From: a virus
Taxonomy: Duplodnaviria > Caudoviricetes
DNA: 43,715 nucleotides
IMG/VR virus record: IMGVR_UViG_3300037608_000054
Location: 1 to 43,715 of that record
Direction: 5' to 3' (one strand)
Below, piece by piece: positions 41,728 through 43,715 of this stretch (position 1 is the stretch's first letter; the number at the start of each line of letters is the position of its first letter). Under the pieces are notes generated by a model, which was given only the letters and a program-made list of their open reading frames with translations, was not told the DNA's origin and made no database searches. The translations under genes were made by a program, and so were the position numbers.

Positions 41728-41839
41728 CTTGATGCCAGTCGCCGGATACAAAGCCGTATGGCTTAACCCATAGACCCGCCGCTAGACAGAATGTTGTCTC
41801 ATTCAGCCGCCCCTATGGTATCCGGCGCATGGTATCAAG
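41728..41839 (+). other. Long intergenic stem-loop
   Basis: cttgatgcca/tggtatcaag and cgccggatac/gtatccggcg separated by a 2x2 internal loop. Confidence 0.65.
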
Positions 41840-41851
41840 CTGAATAAAACT

Positions 41852-42070
41852 ATGTCCCATAAAGACAAAATCAAACTACTGCTTGTCCGACTTGATTCGC
41901 GCTTACCGCAAGGAATATGCGAAAACTTCGGCGAAAAAGAGGTCGCTAGATTGTCTGATGCGATAATGGCGGACGAGTCGCTTATGTACTTCGAGCGTGC
42001 AAAGCTATGCCGTGAATTGACGGATGGCTTGGATGCGCTCATGTCAAAGCACTTCGCCGCTATCAGATAA
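41852..42070 (+). CDS. Hypothetical protein
   Basis: 72-aa ORF, aaaactATG start. Confidence 0.6.
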   Translation: MSHKDKIKLLLVRLDSRLPQGICENFGEKEVARLSDAIMADESLMYFERAKLCRELTDGLDALMSKHFAAIR

Positions 42071-42074
42071 AACT

Positions 42075-42155
42075 ATGATGTTAATCCTTACGATAGCCGC
42101 CGGGGTTGTCCTAGGCTTTATAGCTCTAGGTATCCTGGCCATTATTCTCGACTGA
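42075..42155 (+). CDS. Small hydrophobic peptide, 26 aa
   Basis: MMLILTIAAGVVLGFIALGILAIILD; aaaactATG start. Confidence 0.5.
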   Translation: MMLILTIAAGVVLGFIALGILAIILD

Positions 42156-42716
42156 ATGGTCAACCGTGCCGCTTACTTAATTACTCAATAGGTAAGCTGG
42201 CTGGATACTGGTTAGGAGGTTCTACAAGCCTCTAGCCCGTATCTGGCTGAATGTTTCTATACTCATGGCAATATTCCCTAAAGGAAGCTAAAGAAGCTGA
42301 ATGGGGAAAGGTGAGGAACGATACTAGACTGCTATGATTGAGCTAGAGTTTAGCAGGAAGCAGGGGAAGAGCAAAGGAGCGAATATAAGAGAATATATTA
42401 AAACAGTTTTTTAGCTAAGTTTAGCCAAAAGTTGATGTTTTAGCTCCCCAAGCGTCGCATACTATAGATTGTGCGACGCATGACAGGTTATATTTTAGCT
42501 GTGTTGAGCCAAAAGCTAAGAAAAACCAAGCATACACCCAAGGAAAAAACCGCTGTACTAAGCGTAACGCGTTTAAATATCTTTCTTCTTTCTATATCTT
42601 TCTTCTTTTTCGCTCTGTTGACTTCAATTTCGAGCTTCAGTAATAGTGTTCGTTCCTTACTTTTACCCCTCGTTAGCTTGTTTTTGGTTCTGTACTATCG
42701 ACCATGGAGGGGAGAG

Positions 42717-42725
42717 TGGTATACT
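42717..42725 (+). promoter_or_regulatory. Extended -10 (TGGTATACT), probably giving a leaderless mRNA
   Basis: 6 nt before ATG 42732; identical geometry on the - strand at 27854-27846. Confidence 0.5.
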
Positions 42726-42731
42726 GAAGCT

Positions 42732-43148
42732 ATGGGCAAGTCTTTAGCTAAAAATCCGCTAAGGGAACGCATTTTTTACGTTAAATTGGATAGGGTCTTG
42801 GTGCCTTTGGCTATGGCTGGTCTGGAGGAGGTGATGAAGGGGACCCATCCTATGTTGGAGGGGCTGGAGAAGGGGAAAGTGGCTGAGTTGAGGCAAAAGA
42901 CCATGATGGAGGTTTTGAAGTACATGCCTAAGCGGATGGAGGATAAGATGGATGCCAAGGAGCTGGCCGAGATTTCGAGGAGGCCGGGGGTGATTATCTT
43001 CCCGATGTCGCCGGTGGGGTCGACTACGCTCCAGGAGCTACCTAAAATGGTCCCGAATGAGGAAATTCCGCTTAATAGAGAGGAATTATTGGAGGCGGCT
43101 GGAGTGGAGTTGGTGGATGAGGAGGAGACGAATGATGTAAACGAATGA
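42732..43148 (+). CDS. Putative terminase small subunit
   Basis: 138 aa, helical, GVIIFP then acidic tail; two genes upstream of terL across the circular join. Mainly positional. Confidence 0.4.
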   Translation: MGKSLAKNPLRERIFYVKLDRVLVPLAMAGLEEVMKGTHPMLEGLEKGKVAELRQKTMMEVLKYMPKRMEDKMDAKELAEISRRPGVIIFPMSPVGSTTLQELPKMVPNEEIPLNREELLEAAGVELVDEEETNDVNE

Positions 43149-43237
43149 CTTTACTTAAGATTCCTCGGTCTTTTTTGAAAAAACCCCAATAAACTCGAAG
43201 ATGGCAAAAAACCATTTTTAAGCTCTTGCTTTACACT

Positions 43238-43603
43238 ATGCCTGCCAGACCTGGGTCTGAACTAGCCAGCTTGCACTCCCTATATAGGAGGAAAGGTTGG
43301 GATGGCGGACGGACGCATCCTTATAGGACGTTCTGCCCGTATTGCTGTGAGGACCTCGTGGTGAACGAGGATGGTGGGGCGGCGGTATGCAAGACGTGTT
43401 GGAAGGGCTTCCTCTTCGAGGGGCTCCCTGGAGACTATACCCATATGATGGAGCATCCTTATTCCATGACCAAGGGACATGCCCTGGGGGGTAAGAAGGC
43501 TCGGGTGGATGATTACTATAAGGAAGGGGTCATGGAGATGGAGGCTTTGGATGCCCAGGAAGGGATGACCCCGGAGGAACTGGAGGCCTTCGGTGGCCTT
43601 TGA
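43238..43603 (+). CDS. Zinc-ribbon protein upstream of terL
   Basis: CPYC...CKTC. Confidence 0.6.
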   Translation: MPARPGSELASLHSLYRRKGWDGGRTHPYRTFCPYCCEDLVVNEDGGAAVCKTCWKGFLFEGLPGDYTHMMEHPYSMTKGHALGGKKARVDDYYKEGVMEMEALDAQEGMTPEELEAFGGL

Positions 43604-43715
43604 GCTATCCTATATATATGACCAGACCTCGCAAGATGGGGACGAGCACGATAAACCCGGATTCCGATGCGCCGCCGCATTGGAGCCCTAACCCTGGACC
43701 CCAGACCAAAGCCCT
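43589..43715. repeat. 127-bp direct terminal repeat, right copy
   Basis: Identical to 1-127. Confidence 0.95.

Noticed and set aside
41731-41742. GATGCCAGTCGC resembles a segment I recall from the raiA RNA motif
   Set aside because: Flanking raiA elements are not apparent and the segment is explained by a local stem; likely coincidence, cmscan would settle it.
26947-42155. Lysogeny module, retron or diversity-generating retroelement
   Set aside because: No integrase, CI-like repressor or reverse transcriptase motifs, and no template/variable repeat pair seen.
42471-42731. Hydrophobic N-terminal extension of the 42471-43148 ORF
   Set aside because: Arises from a T-rich non-coding tract; a promoter and TATG support the start at 42732.
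43589-43715. Terminal repeat as a biological DTR
   Set aside because: Exactly 127 bp and cutting through coding sequence; best explained as an assembler overlap.
1-43715. Stop-codon reassignment (code 15 or 25)
   Set aside because: Genes tile densely in code 11, and TAA, TAG and TGA all terminate genes.

Overview
The window is one complete, circularly assembled dsDNA tailed-phage genome of about 43,588 bp; bases 1-127 recur exactly at 43589-43715, which looks like an assembler overlap. The + strand late region (42732 through the join to 26881) encodes a putative TerS, TerL, portal, scaffold-like protein, capsid cement, a Mu gpT-like major capsid protein, decoration/fibre proteins, a lysis block (holin-like proteins, HNH-AP2 endonuclease, M23 endolysin), a papain-like protease fused to a tail-fibre-like domain, adaptor and nozzle proteins and two large ejection proteins. 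No tape measure or sheath is visible, suggesting podovirus morphology. A - strand middle operon (26947-32616) carries a DUF1064-like nuclease, a Sak/Rad52 annealase, an ADP-ribosyltransferase-like protein and many small Zn-finger or membrane proteins. A + strand replication operon ends in a PrimPol-helicase followed by an iteron-like TGCACCCCAA array. A compositionally distinct early region (36847-42155) is driven by divergent sigma70-type promoters. I saw no integrase, DNA polymerase, tRNA or CRISPR array. Start codons lack Shine-Dalgarno sites and are almost all A-rich ...TATG, which suggests (by inference) a Patescibacteria/CPR-type host. The most unusual aspect is a set of large structured intergenic elements (5776-6036, 13709-13919 with 14411-14593, 29205-29549, 37651-37755, 41433-41839) with long-range competing pairings and shared motifs. 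GATC also appears to be avoided genome-wide. All family assignments come from motifs read by eye; no database search or folding program was run.
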